NCBI GenBank assembly: GCA_050122435.1
Contig: JASFIX010000001.1
Location: 1 to 42,185, forward strand
Direction of reading: 5' to 3'
DNA length: 42,185 nucleotides
Source of the DNA: Desulfobacterales bacterium
GTDB lineage: Bacteria; Desulfobacterota; Desulfobacteria; Desulfobacterales; JAHEIW01
Shown here: positions 23,306-33,743 of the stretch, in pieces
How the letters are laid out: the number at the start of each line of letters is the position of its first letter
Numbering within the stretch: position 1 is the first letter of the stretch
Translations under genes and position numbers: made by a program
The notes under the pieces: model-generated
Database searches by the model: none
Told to the model about the DNA's origin: nothing
The model's input: only the letters and a program-made list of their open reading frames with translations

Positions 23306-25891
23306 CTAAACTTTTTCGATTTTAATGCGGGTGGTCGCATAGAATGCCGTGCTCCCACTCAAACGATCATACTGGGCCGGGATGAGGTCGTTGCTGCTGC
23401 CTCCCCGGGGAACTTTGCCGAAAACTTTGGACGCCACCCGTCCGTAGGCCCAGTGGCCCTGACCATAGCACTTGGCGATCGTACCGGGTCTGACGCCTTC
23501 CCATAAGCTTGCCGTACAGGTCAGGCTTCCGGTCGGAGACGTCAGCTTCACTTTATCGCCATTTTTGATGCCGAGTGGCTTGGCGTCTCTGGGGTTGATC
23601 TTGGCCACATCTTCCCAGGGCACATCACCGGGATCGAGATCCTTAAAATCATGATACCAGGTACAGTTGGCCGAGCGGCCTTCACGGTTAAGTCTGGATT
23701 TGTAATCCACATGGATGAATGGGAAGTCTTTTTCATCACCGGCGATAAACGGTTCTTCATAATGCGGCACAAAGGCAGTTTCACCACGCGCCAGGTAATT
23801 GCAAACTTCCAGAACATTGTCGACGCTGGTGTTATGCTTCTCCGCATGCTTTTCGAGGGCCACCTTCAGGGTTTCGCTGTAGAATTCAAACTTTTTGGTT
23901 TTGGTTTTCATGTTGCCCCAGCGCTTGCGATAGGGATAGGGCTTGGAATTCCAGACGCCGGCTTTGAGAAAATCCTCCCAGCCGCTGAATTTGTCACCCC
24001 CTTTGTATTTGGCCGGATCCCACAGGTTCTGAGTGGCATATTTAAGAGAATAAAGTGCAAATTCTTTTTCGTTGGTCGGGGCTTTGCCGGTCTCCGGATC
24101 CTTATAGGCCTTGAAGTGCTCGAGCAGATTGCTAAAACCTCTTTCCGCCAGCTTTTCGGCGATCAACCAGGGAATTTCGGTTTCATCGATCTTGGAATCG
24201 CCCACCGGCTTGATAATCGGCTGCATGAGGGTCACGTGCCGGTATCCGTTGCCCATGGCTTTGACATACCCCCACTTTTCAAACATATGATGGGTGTCGG
24301 GTAGCAGAATATCGGCGAACCAGGAATACTCGGACGCGTTGGTGGTGATGTGCACCAGAAAAGGAATCTTGGCCAGCGCCCGCTCCCAGCGTTCCGGTTG
24401 CGGGCAGGAGAAGGCAAAGTTGTTCATGTAACCGATCGCCACTTTGATTTCATTGGGATCCGCGTTCAGAATACCGTCGGCCGCATTGTTGGTGACCACC
24501 CCGCCGCCCGATTTACCTTTGTTCAGCGCGGGAAACTCCAGCCGGCCGCGATGATCGATTTTTTTATGCTTTTTGCCTGCCTTGGCGATTTCGTCCATCC
24601 AATCGTCGGGTTTCGGAAACTTGGAGGTGTATTCCTTGTTGCTCTTCTGTGTGCCGCCGACATTATCCACCCCCCCGACGATGCCGTTTAAAGCATGCAC
24701 CGCCATGGCAGCGTATCCGCCGCGCACCTGCATGCAGGGCCCGCCGCCCAGCCATGAAATGGCGTGGGGTGCCGCCTGGCCGTAACCGATCGCCACCCGT
24801 TTGATCTGGTCGACCGGCAGGTCGGTTATTTTGGCCGCCCACTCCGGTGTTTTGTCTTTCAGCTCCAGATTCCACCAGGTGACAATGCCGTTGGTGTGTA
24901 TTTCTTCAAACAATTCAGGATCGACATCCTGTCCGGCCACAAAGCGGTTTTCGCCATCGATAAAATCGCCGACGAAATCTTTGTACCAGAGCCCCTCGGT
25001 GAGCAGAACATGGGCGATGGCCACTGCCAGTGCACCGTCGGTTCCGGGTTTGAGCGGCATCCATTCATCGGCTTTGGCTGCGGTAGCGGATAGGCGCGGC
25101 TCGGCGATTGCAATCGTGGCTGAATCAATCGCATCTCCCCAAGCAGACGAGTAGTAGGACACCTGACGGTTGGCTGCCAGGGGATCGGCGCCCCATAATA
25201 TAATGTACCGGGCCCTTTTAACATCGTACTGCCGGTACCCCCAGTAGCCCTCCGTATAGTAAGGGCCGAATTTTTCGGCTTCGGCGCAGATGGCACTGTG
25301 GGAAATGTTGTTGGGCGAGCCGATGATTTTGGTCATGCGGTCATAGAGAACATCGCGCATGTACGAATAACGACCGCGCATGAGCATATACTTGTGGGTT
25401 TCGTTGTTGTTTCTGAGCTCCATGATCTTATCTGCAATTGTGCTCAGGGCTTCATCCCAGGAAATTGGCACAAATTTCGGATCTTCATTGCGCCCTTTTT
25501 GGGGATTGGTCCGTTTCATGGGGGTTTTGATCCGATCCGGGTCATAAACCTGCTGCAAGGCAAGATGGACGCGTGGACAACTCGCCTCTCCATTCACCTT
25601 AGAATTCGGATTTCCCCGGACTTTCACCGCCCTGCCATCGACGACGTAAACCTGTTTGGAACACCAGGACGTACATCCCTGACAGGTGGCCGCTTTCCAC
25701 TCGCCCGCTCCACCGCCGGTGGTCTCGCTGGCTTCCGCCAGGGTTTTCAGCGCCGGTTTGAAAGACGTACCGAGTACAACCGCACCACCGGTGGCGGCTG
25801 AGGCGCCTTTAATGAAAGATCTTCTTGAAATTTTGTAATCATTTAGAAAATCTTTCATCATGCCTTCTTTTTTGTTCTGTTTCATCTCCAT
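23306..25891 (-). CDS. arrA: Tat-exported Mo-bisPGD oxidoreductase catalytic subunit, arsenate respiratory reductase ArrA-like
   Basis: Tat motif SRRSFIKG. Fe-S motif C-x2-C-x3-C-x27-C (CQGCTSWC...CPR). RGRY motif at MLMRGRYSY. GLWYKDFVGDF and KTPEWAAKIT match the peptide targets of the classic arrA primers (GVWNKAFVGDF, TPEWAPEITG) at the expected spacing. The start may be ATG 25885 rather than 25891. Confidence 0.8.
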   Translation of the reverse strand: MEMKQNKKEGMMKDFLNDYKISRRSFIKGASAATGGAVVLGTSFKPALKTLAEASETTGGGAGEWKAATCQGCTSWCSKQVYVVDGRAVKVRGNPNSKVNGEASCPRVHLALQQVYDPDRIKTPMKRTNPQKGRNEDPKFVPISWDEALSTIADKIMELRNNNETHKYMLMRGRYSYMRDVLYDRMTKIIGSPNNISHSAICAEAEKFGPYYTEGYWGYRQYDVKRARYIILWGADPLAANRQVSYYSSAWGDAIDSATIAIAEPRLSATAAKADEWMPLKPGTDGALAVAIAHVLLTEGLWYKDFVGDFIDGENRFVAGQDVDPELFEEIHTNGIVTWWNLELKDKTPEWAAKITDLPVDQIKRVAIGYGQAAPHAISWLGGGPCMQVRGGYAAMAVHALNGIVGGVDNVGGTQKSNKEYTSKFPKPDDWMDEIAKAGKKHKKIDHRGRLEFPALNKGKSGGGVVTNNAADGILNADPNEIKVAIGYMNNFAFSCPQPERWERALAKIPFLVHITTNASEYSWFADILLPDTHHMFEKWGYVKAMGNGYRHVTLMQPIIKPVGDSKIDETEIPWLIAEKLAERGFSNLLEHFKAYKDPETGKAPTNEKEFALYSLKYATQNLWDPAKYKGGDKFSGWEDFLKAGVWNSKPYPYRKRWGNMKTKTKKFEFYSETLKVALEKHAEKHNTSVDNVLEVCNYLARGETAFVPHYEEPFIAGDEKDFPFIHVDYKSRLNREGRSANCTWYHDFKDLDPGDVPWEDVAKINPRDAKPLGIKNGDKVKLTSPTGSLTCTASLWEGVRPGTIAKCYGQGHWAYGRVASKVFGKVPRGGSSNDLIPAQYDRLSGSTAFYATTRIKIEKV

Positions 25892-25946
25892 ATTACCTCC
25901 CTTCTTATCAACTGCCTTATTTAAAGATGATCCAAAAATTAATGAG

Positions 25947-26336
25947 TTAATGAGTTGATGTTCTACTGGAATTCACTTGATTTTCACCGATCGAGCGTAA
26001 CCAAAAAAACAGCTCGTCCGCATCGATCGGTCGATTGAGACAAGCATAGATATGATGGCTGATGGCATCCTTTAATTCAGGGTGTAAAGGCTGTTTGGAT
26101 AGACAAAAGAAATATACCCTCGGGAATTTTCGAGCGAGTTCCCTCACCGTTCGATTATCGACGGGGACGGTATCGATATCCCACAATATTGCCTGGCACC
26201 CAGTGTCTTTGATTTTTTCTTCTAAATTATGAGTTGAATATTGTGAGACGACTTTAAATTGACTCGCTTTCAGCAGTTCACACAGTTCCCGGCCCTGTTC
26301 TTTGTCGGCATCGATCACTAATATTGATTTCTTCAC
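25947..26336 (-). CDS. Stand-alone CheY-like receiver protein
   Basis: KKSILVIDAD...ILWDID...FFCLSKQ...CLNRP. I prefer GTG 26336, with AAGGAG 11 nt upstream, over the track's TTG at 26453. A sigma54 promoter lies inside that longer extension. Confidence 0.65.
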   Translation of the reverse strand: MKKSILVIDADKEQGRELCELLKASQFKVVSQYSTHNLEEKIKDTGCQAILWDIDTVPVDNRTVRELARKFPRVYFFCLSKQPLHPELKDAISHHIYACLNRPIDADELFFWLRSIGENQVNSSRTSTH

Positions 26337-26408
26337 TCGCTCACGGGCTCCTTGAACGAATTCGGCTGTAAATATAGGGGAAGAACAAAGATATTTATAC
26401 CACGATGT

Positions 26409-26425
26409 AGCAATGAATATGCCAG
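26409..26425 (-). promoter_or_regulatory. Sigma54 (-24/-12) promoter
   Basis: The minus strand reads cTGGCAtattcaTTGCt. GG and GC have canonical spacing, and it matches the TGGCAC-N5-TTGCW consensus well. It lies about 75 nt upstream of the receiver GTG. Confidence 0.65.
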
Positions 26426-26558
26426 AGCGAAAACGAAATGGGCAGGTGTTCAATTTGGTAACCTATGATTGGGGGACTTAGATTTAATCAACTGAAATTT
26501 ATATAAAAAATTTCTTGGAGCATAAAGGAAGATCAAAAATTAATTTTTATTGGAGGGT

Positions 26559-26703
26559 TGAATTTTAAACTGGAATTTCTTGAATCTGTACGAATTGCTG
26601 ACAGGAAAAACGGTGATATGTTGGATTCTCATTCATATTAAAAGGTTAGCTGTGTATGAATTCCGGACACAGAATTCGGCCGCGGACACATTCATGCCCA
26701 CAC
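26559..26703. promoter_or_regulatory. Cluster of ATGAAT/ATTCAT and GGACACA motifs, candidate enhancer (UAS) region
   Basis: ATTCAT at 26631-36 and 26690-95. ATGAAT at 26656-61, with another copy inside the sigma54 promoter at 26413-18. TGAAT at 26559-63 and 26581-85. GGACACA at 26665-71 and 26684-90. TGTGT-N11-ACACA at 26651-71. Confidence 0.35.
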
Positions 26704-26737
26704 TGTTTCGCAGAAAGCCCTATGAAGAGGACTAAAA

Positions 26738-27112
26738 TTATAATATTGACTGAAAAACCTCACAGGATCGACAGATCTTCATTTTCTCTTTCCAATCCTT
26801 TTGGCTTATTCCTTCACAGATGGTTCCATTGATAAACCAGCAGAGATCGCCGGAGCCAAACTCCCAGGCCGTACAATCGCTTTTCCGCTCAGGAGGACAA
26901 TTTTTCACAAGCCAGCACGGCTTTGGCTTTTTGCCTTTTTGTTCTAATCTGGAAAGCAGGAAAAAGATCTGACGCTCAACATGCACCGGCACCGTTCGCC
27001 AGCCCTGTTCGTAGCTGTGAATGGCTTTCAGTGAGGTTCCAAGCAATGCAGCCATCTGCTTTTGAGTTTTGTTCAGCCGATTTCGGTATTTTTTAAATTC
27101 CTGTTTGTTCAT
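26738..27112 (-). CDS. XRE-type HTH regulator fused to a C-terminal 7-Cys domain with two CW motifs
   Basis: N-terminus LNKTQKQMAALLGTSLKAIHSYEQG. C-terminus PCWLVKNC...DCTAWEFGSGDLCWFINGTICEG...KICRSCEVF. It lies 12 nt downstream of the sigma54 activator gene. Confidence 0.8.
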   Translation of the reverse strand: MNKQEFKKYRNRLNKTQKQMAALLGTSLKAIHSYEQGWRTVPVHVERQIFFLLSRLEQKGKKPKPCWLVKNCPPERKSDCTAWEFGSGDLCWFINGTICEGISQKDWKEKMKICRSCEVFQSIL

Positions 27113-27124
27113 GATCGTTTATTC

Positions 27125-29323
<2,199 letters not shown>

Positions 29324-29327
29324 TCGA

Positions 29328-30287
29328 TTATTCCTCCAGCGAAGCAATTTTTAGTTCTATATTACGGATACTGTCGTACCAGGCATCCTGCGTTGGAGTG
29401 AAACGATCGATCATTAATTCCTCCAGAATCTCTTGTCCCCTGGGGTCGCTGTGCATCGTAAAAAGTACCCGGCGAATACGATGTTTTAACTCGGATGCTA
29501 GAAAAGGTGATGCGACAATGGGCGGAATGCCGTAGGGTTCTGATTTGCGAATGATGCGGGTTTTGGAAGTGAAAATCGGATTTTTGCGGTGGTAATAGTC
29601 CCATATCAGGCTGTCGATTGCGGCCCCGTCCACCAGGGATTTGGCCACGGCCAGAATAGAGTTATCATGGCTGTAAGTGTAAATGGTTTTGTTAAAAAAT
29701 GTCTCGGGCCGCTCTCCCATCTGGCTGAGCCAATAAGTGGGCACCAGTTTGCCGGTATTGGAATCCGGATCGGTAAATGCAAAAACCTGCCCCCTGAGGT
29801 CATTCAGATTTCGAAAGCGGCTGGTCTTGTTGACAATCAAATAAGATTGGTAAAAATGGCTATTCTGAACCTCGGGAGTTGCCAGCAACTCAAATCCGTA
29901 CTTTTCCTTGCCGACGACATAAGGCCCCGAGCAGATAAAGGCCAAATCAATCTGACCCTTACCCAGTAATTCATTAATTTCAGCATAGGTTTTACGTTGA
30001 ATAAACTGAACCTCTCTACCAAGACGATGCCCGATATAATCTAAAAGCTGTCTATAATAAACAAACGTGTCTTTTGGAGAGATCATGGCAGCGACGGCCA
30101 TCCTGAAAGGAGGGTTTTCAAGCGTCTGTTTTCCCGGCTGCTCGATAACTACGGTTTTGGAAAAATCCACCACCCGGGCATCGGTTTCACCGCCGCAGGC
30201 ATACAGAAAAAACAGGCCGGCGGAAACGGCCAGGCATGATATCAAAAAGCTAATTCTAAATTTGAATTGATGCTCGATGGAATCCAT
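29328..30287 (-). CDS. PhnD-family (phosphonate-bd fold) periplasmic oxyanion-binding lipoprotein, ArrX/AioX-like, with no cognate ABC permease or ATPase
   Basis: Lipobox LFFLYAC. TYAEINELLGKGQIDLAF, FTDPDSNTG and SHDNSILAV...VDGAAIDS are typical of PhnD-like binding proteins. I place the start at ATG 30287. Confidence 0.8.
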   Translation of the reverse strand: MDSIEHQFKFRISFLISCLAVSAGLFFLYACGGETDARVVDFSKTVVIEQPGKQTLENPPFRMAVAAMISPKDTFVYYRQLLDYIGHRLGREVQFIQRKTYAEINELLGKGQIDLAFICSGPYVVGKEKYGFELLATPEVQNSHFYQSYLIVNKTSRFRNLNDLRGQVFAFTDPDSNTGKLVPTYWLSQMGERPETFFNKTIYTYSHDNSILAVAKSLVDGAAIDSLIWDYYHRKNPIFTSKTRIIRKSEPYGIPPIVASPFLASELKHRIRRVLFTMHSDPRGQEILEELMIDRFTPTQDAWYDSIRNIELKIASLEE

Positions 30288-30482
30288 AAGCGGCCTCACT
30301 GAAGAACGAACTTTTAGAATGAAGGGCAATCTGCGCAGGATCAAACTTATCAGAGGCGATTGTTGGATTATAGATAGATGCCACATAGTGGTAGGTAATG
30401 TCAATAAAAATATGGAAAATTAACAGGCTGGCTCATGGGACATTGAACAATTTGTGATTCAGGAACGATATGAGAGCATTCC

Positions 30483-31934
30483 TTATTTGCTCTGTCCGGA
30501 TTGAAGCATTTCTTTTGGAGGTTGGAAACCGGAGTAGGCCTGACTCAACACCTCAATCGGGTGAATGACTTTGTGAGGCGTGAGCTGGGTAAACTGCAGG
30601 CGGCAGCTCAGACAATCGGTTACGATATTTTCAGGGTTGAGCGCCTTTATTTTCTGCATCAACCTGCCCCCCAGGTGAATCGACGCCTGGTGAAATTCTT
30701 TTTTAAACCCCATAATGCCGGCCATACCACAGCAAAAAAGATTTCCGTTGATGGGCTCCAGGCTGATATCAGGGATTATTTTCAGCAGATCGAGATACGG
30801 TCTCCCGATGTTCTGCTCTCTTAAGTGGCAGGGAGGGTAATAGACCATTTGGTTCGATACCGTGCCAAATGTTGTCTTGAGCTCGCCTGATATTAGAAGA
30901 TTGGCTAAAAAATCTCCCAGATCATATGTATGTTCCGCCACCGATATGCGTTTGAGCGGGCTCAAAGTTGAAAAATAACCGTCGTCTTTGAGAATTTTTT
31001 CATACATGCCCTTTTTGACGAGATCGAACTCCCGGTCCCCGGGGTTATTGGCTGCCTTTCCACGCGGTATTTTGATATAGGCTTCATCCGCCCCCACGGA
31101 CGCCTGATATTCAGGGGAAAAATAAGCGCCTTCCTTTAACATATTTCTCAACATAAACCCGCATGTCGGGCAGGAGCAGACGATGTCATAGCCGCTATCC
31201 ACCGCCTCGGCCAGGTGCTCCAGATTGAAACGAACAAATTCCATTGTCAATTTTCGGTCGCCCTCCAGAAAGGTCGGCATACCGCAGCATTTTTGTTCCG
31301 GGTAGTAGACTTCGAATCCATTGTGTCGAAAGACATCAACCACGGCCTTTGGCACATCCGGGAAAAGATAATTTGCCGTGCAGCCCGCAAAATAGGCTAT
31401 TTTGCGGTTGGGGTGCTTCTTGGGTTGAGTATTCAAACGATGCTTTTTAGCCCATTGAGGAAAATTTTCTTGAGGGAATTCAGGAATCCGGCGCTCTGGG
31501 TGAATTCCGGTGGCCGATTTAAAGAGTTCGCCGCTTAGCTTATGCTTGAAAAGAAAGTTAGTCAGCTGTGGAAACATTCCGCACAATTTTCCAACGCGTT
31601 CGACATCTTCTAAAGTGCGTACGCCGAATTTTAAGCCGTCCCTTTCGATGAATTGCGTTTTGGCTTTGATGATGTCCGCTCGGATGTTCGGACACGGGCA
31701 CAGGGCGCAGAAGTTACACAGATCAACCAGCTTTCGAAGCTCATCAGAGCTAATTTTTTTACCCGTTTCGATCTCCTTGTCATACAATCGGTACAACTCC
31801 GGAAACATCAGGCAGTCTGAATCCATGAGGAATCGACAGACATCGCAATCCGAACAGGCGTCCACAACCGATCTTGCTGTATTTTCAGGTTCGATTTTTT
31901 CCATTTGCGTATTCGGTTTTCTCTCGGTTTTCAT
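30483..31934 (-). CDS. Fe-S / CCG-domain protein (HdrD/GlpC/GlcF-like)
   Basis: Two ferredoxin-type Cys motifs (CSDCDVCRFLMDSDC, CNFCALCPCP) and two CCG-type repeats (CCGMPT...CPTCG, CCGMAG...CLSCR). Confidence 0.8.
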   Translation of the reverse strand: MKTERKPNTQMEKIEPENTARSVVDACSDCDVCRFLMDSDCLMFPELYRLYDKEIETGKKISSDELRKLVDLCNFCALCPCPNIRADIIKAKTQFIERDGLKFGVRTLEDVERVGKLCGMFPQLTNFLFKHKLSGELFKSATGIHPERRIPEFPQENFPQWAKKHRLNTQPKKHPNRKIAYFAGCTANYLFPDVPKAVVDVFRHNGFEVYYPEQKCCGMPTFLEGDRKLTMEFVRFNLEHLAEAVDSGYDIVCSCPTCGFMLRNMLKEGAYFSPEYQASVGADEAYIKIPRGKAANNPGDREFDLVKKGMYEKILKDDGYFSTLSPLKRISVAEHTYDLGDFLANLLISGELKTTFGTVSNQMVYYPPCHLREQNIGRPYLDLLKIIPDISLEPINGNLFCCGMAGIMGFKKEFHQASIHLGGRLMQKIKALNPENIVTDCLSCRLQFTQLTPHKVIHPIEVLSQAYSGFQPPKEMLQSGQSK

Positions 31935-32701
31935 CTTCTGATGCTGCGCTGGGGATTTAATGTTAAATAAGATTTGCGGCTAAACTTATGGAGCACGGGA
32001 GTGCCCATACCGTGCCGGATGGCCTTCAGCAGTCTATCCTTATCGAGGGGAACCGTACCGGCGAGCATATGCACGGGAAGGTGATCAAAGGCTTTTGCAA
32101 CCATCGGCGTACTGGGGCCCAGCATCAAGGTTTTTACTTTCGCATGAACGTTTGCCAGTATTTCTTCGGTGCTGTTATTTAAAATCGAGGTTGATGTCAG
32201 AAACAGCACATCGGCCCAATTTTTCAGGTTTTTATAAAAATCCGCTTTCCGGCCTAGTCCGCGAGATTGATCCAGTATATCCAGAACCGCTTCTCTTTGC
32301 TCAAAACGCTTGACCAGGGGGCCAAAGTAGCCAACCATCGCGACTTTGGCTCCCTTTGTGATTTTAAACTGTTCGAACATGATTTCATTATCTTCATCTT
32401 CCGGCAACTGCAGCGCATCTTGATAATTCAGCGCATTGACCAGGGCCAGTGCCATGCTTCTTTCAATCGGTTGGTCGCTTTTTATTTTTTCCAATAGCGC
32501 AACTGCCGATTGGCCTTCATAATCTGCGGCTTCGTTTAACAGCATACAGGATTTTTTATCTTCAAAATAGGTATAGGCAATCCCCATTCCACCTTCAGAA
32601 GTAACCACAGCAGTATACCCCAGGCCCAGGCACAGGAGATCCACCCGTATTTTTTCGGCTTTATCCTTAAACAAATTGAACAGATTGTCATTTAGGATCA
32701 T
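31931..32701 (-). CDS. DUF4213/DUF364 (putative metal-chelation Rossmann-like) protein
   Basis: LGLGYTAVV...GMGIAYT, ALALVNALNY, VAMVGYFGPLV, ADVLFLTSTSILNNS and LGPSTP match the family as I recall it. Its stop overlaps the downstream start (ATGA). I place the start at ATG 32701. Confidence 0.7.
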   Translation of the reverse strand: MILNDNLFNLFKDKAEKIRVDLLCLGLGYTAVVTSEGGMGIAYTYFEDKKSCMLLNEAADYEGQSAVALLEKIKSDQPIERSMALALVNALNYQDALQLPEDEDNEIMFEQFKITKGAKVAMVGYFGPLVKRFEQREAVLDILDQSRGLGRKADFYKNLKNWADVLFLTSTSILNNSTEEILANVHAKVKTLMLGPSTPMVAKAFDHLPVHMLAGTVPLDKDRLLKAIRHGMGTPVLHKFSRKSYLTLNPQRSIRR

Positions 32702-32703
32702 TG

Positions 32704-33186
32704 TTAACCTCTCTTGCCCAGGTGTGGCACCCACTTGCCGGTGCTTTTCTGATAGGCCACATAGGTCTCACCAAATTTTACTTCCAGCAACTTTTCTTCG
32801 TAGCTGGCGATATAATTGTAAAACACAAAGATGACCACCAGCAGTCCAAGGCAGAACAAGGAGGCCGTGGAAACCGTAAAGCCAAAGTAAATTAGGATAC
32901 TGCCCAGATACAGTGGGTGTCGCACATATCGGAAAGCACCTGCGGATACCACCGTCGTAGGGCGTTGTTCACCGCTGACAACCACATGACCGGATTTGAA
33001 AAAATAAAAGCTGGCGGCCAAGGCCGCACCCAGGATAATCAATCGAATTATCAGCGGGATGCGATCCGCCAAAAATGTGGAACGCTGCAGGATAAATGAA
33101 TCCAGGATCCATATAATTATAAACAAACCGAACATGGCCAGCTGTCCGGCGTCTCCCAGGGGATGTTCACCGTTTTTTTCTTTCAC
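32704..33186 (-). CDS. ICMT/PEMT-family membrane methyltransferase-like protein
   Basis: 160-aa membrane ORF with RYVRHPLYLGSILIYFG. GTG start 3 nt after the DinB stop. Confidence 0.7.
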   Translation of the reverse strand: MKEKNGEHPLGDAGQLAMFGLFIIIWILDSFILQRSTFLADRIPLIIRLIILGAALAASFYFFKSGHVVVSGEQRPTTVVSAGAFRYVRHPLYLGSILIYFGFTVSTASLFCLGLLVVIFVFYNYIASYEEKLLEVKFGETYVAYQKSTGKWVPHLGKRG

Positions 33187-33189
33187 TTT

Positions 33190-33669
33190 TTATTTCATCA
33201 GAATTGTATTGTGAATATCATCCATATGAAGATGAACATGCTCGTAAGTCCAGCGAATAAAGCGTTCCAACTTACCGTGTCCATGAAACGCATGCCGCCC
33301 TTCACGATCAAAGTCCGCATCCGACATGGTATTAACGATTGAGATCGTATCTTTACGGACCGATTTAAATTGCGCGATGAGTTCGTCAATGTTCAGTCCG
33401 TCCAACTTTTTAGGTTGGCTGCGGTTAAAACGCTCAACATCAAAATCTTCCGGTGAGCCCGGGCCGCCGGCTAAGATATCTTTAAATAACCATTGCATTG
33501 TTCGCTCAATGGTAACAAAATGGGCCAGCACCTGCTGAACCGTCCATTTGGCCCCATCCTGATAAACCTGAGTGCCAAGTTCATCCGGCGATAAAGATCG
33601 GAAAAACACAATGGAATCCTCCATATTTTTTTGGAGTTCAGTGATGATATGGGTACGTCGGTCTTTCAT
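33190..33669 (-). CDS. DinB-family four-helix-bundle protein
   Basis: WTVQQVLAHFVTIERTM...H..H pattern. I place the start at ATG 33669 (MKDRRTHIITEL). Confidence 0.65.
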   Translation of the reverse strand: MKDRRTHIITELQKNMEDSIVFFRSLSPDELGTQVYQDGAKWTVQQVLAHFVTIERTMQWLFKDILAGGPGSPEDFDVERFNRSQPKKLDGLNIDELIAQFKSVRKDTISIVNTMSDADFDREGRHAFHGHGKLERFIRWTYEHVHLHMDDIHNTILMK

Positions 33670-33743
33670 CAATCCGCTCTTTTTATCAGACGCCAGGCCA
33701 GGTTTTTTGGATGCCCTTCGGGCGCGATAGGGCCGCAAAAAAG

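Noticed and set aside
12179-25891. In-frame TGA (selenocysteine) or frameshifts in the two molybdopterin enzymes napA and arrA.
   Set aside because: Both ORFs are continuous and full-length, and Cys is present at the expected ligand regions. There is no evidence for recoding.
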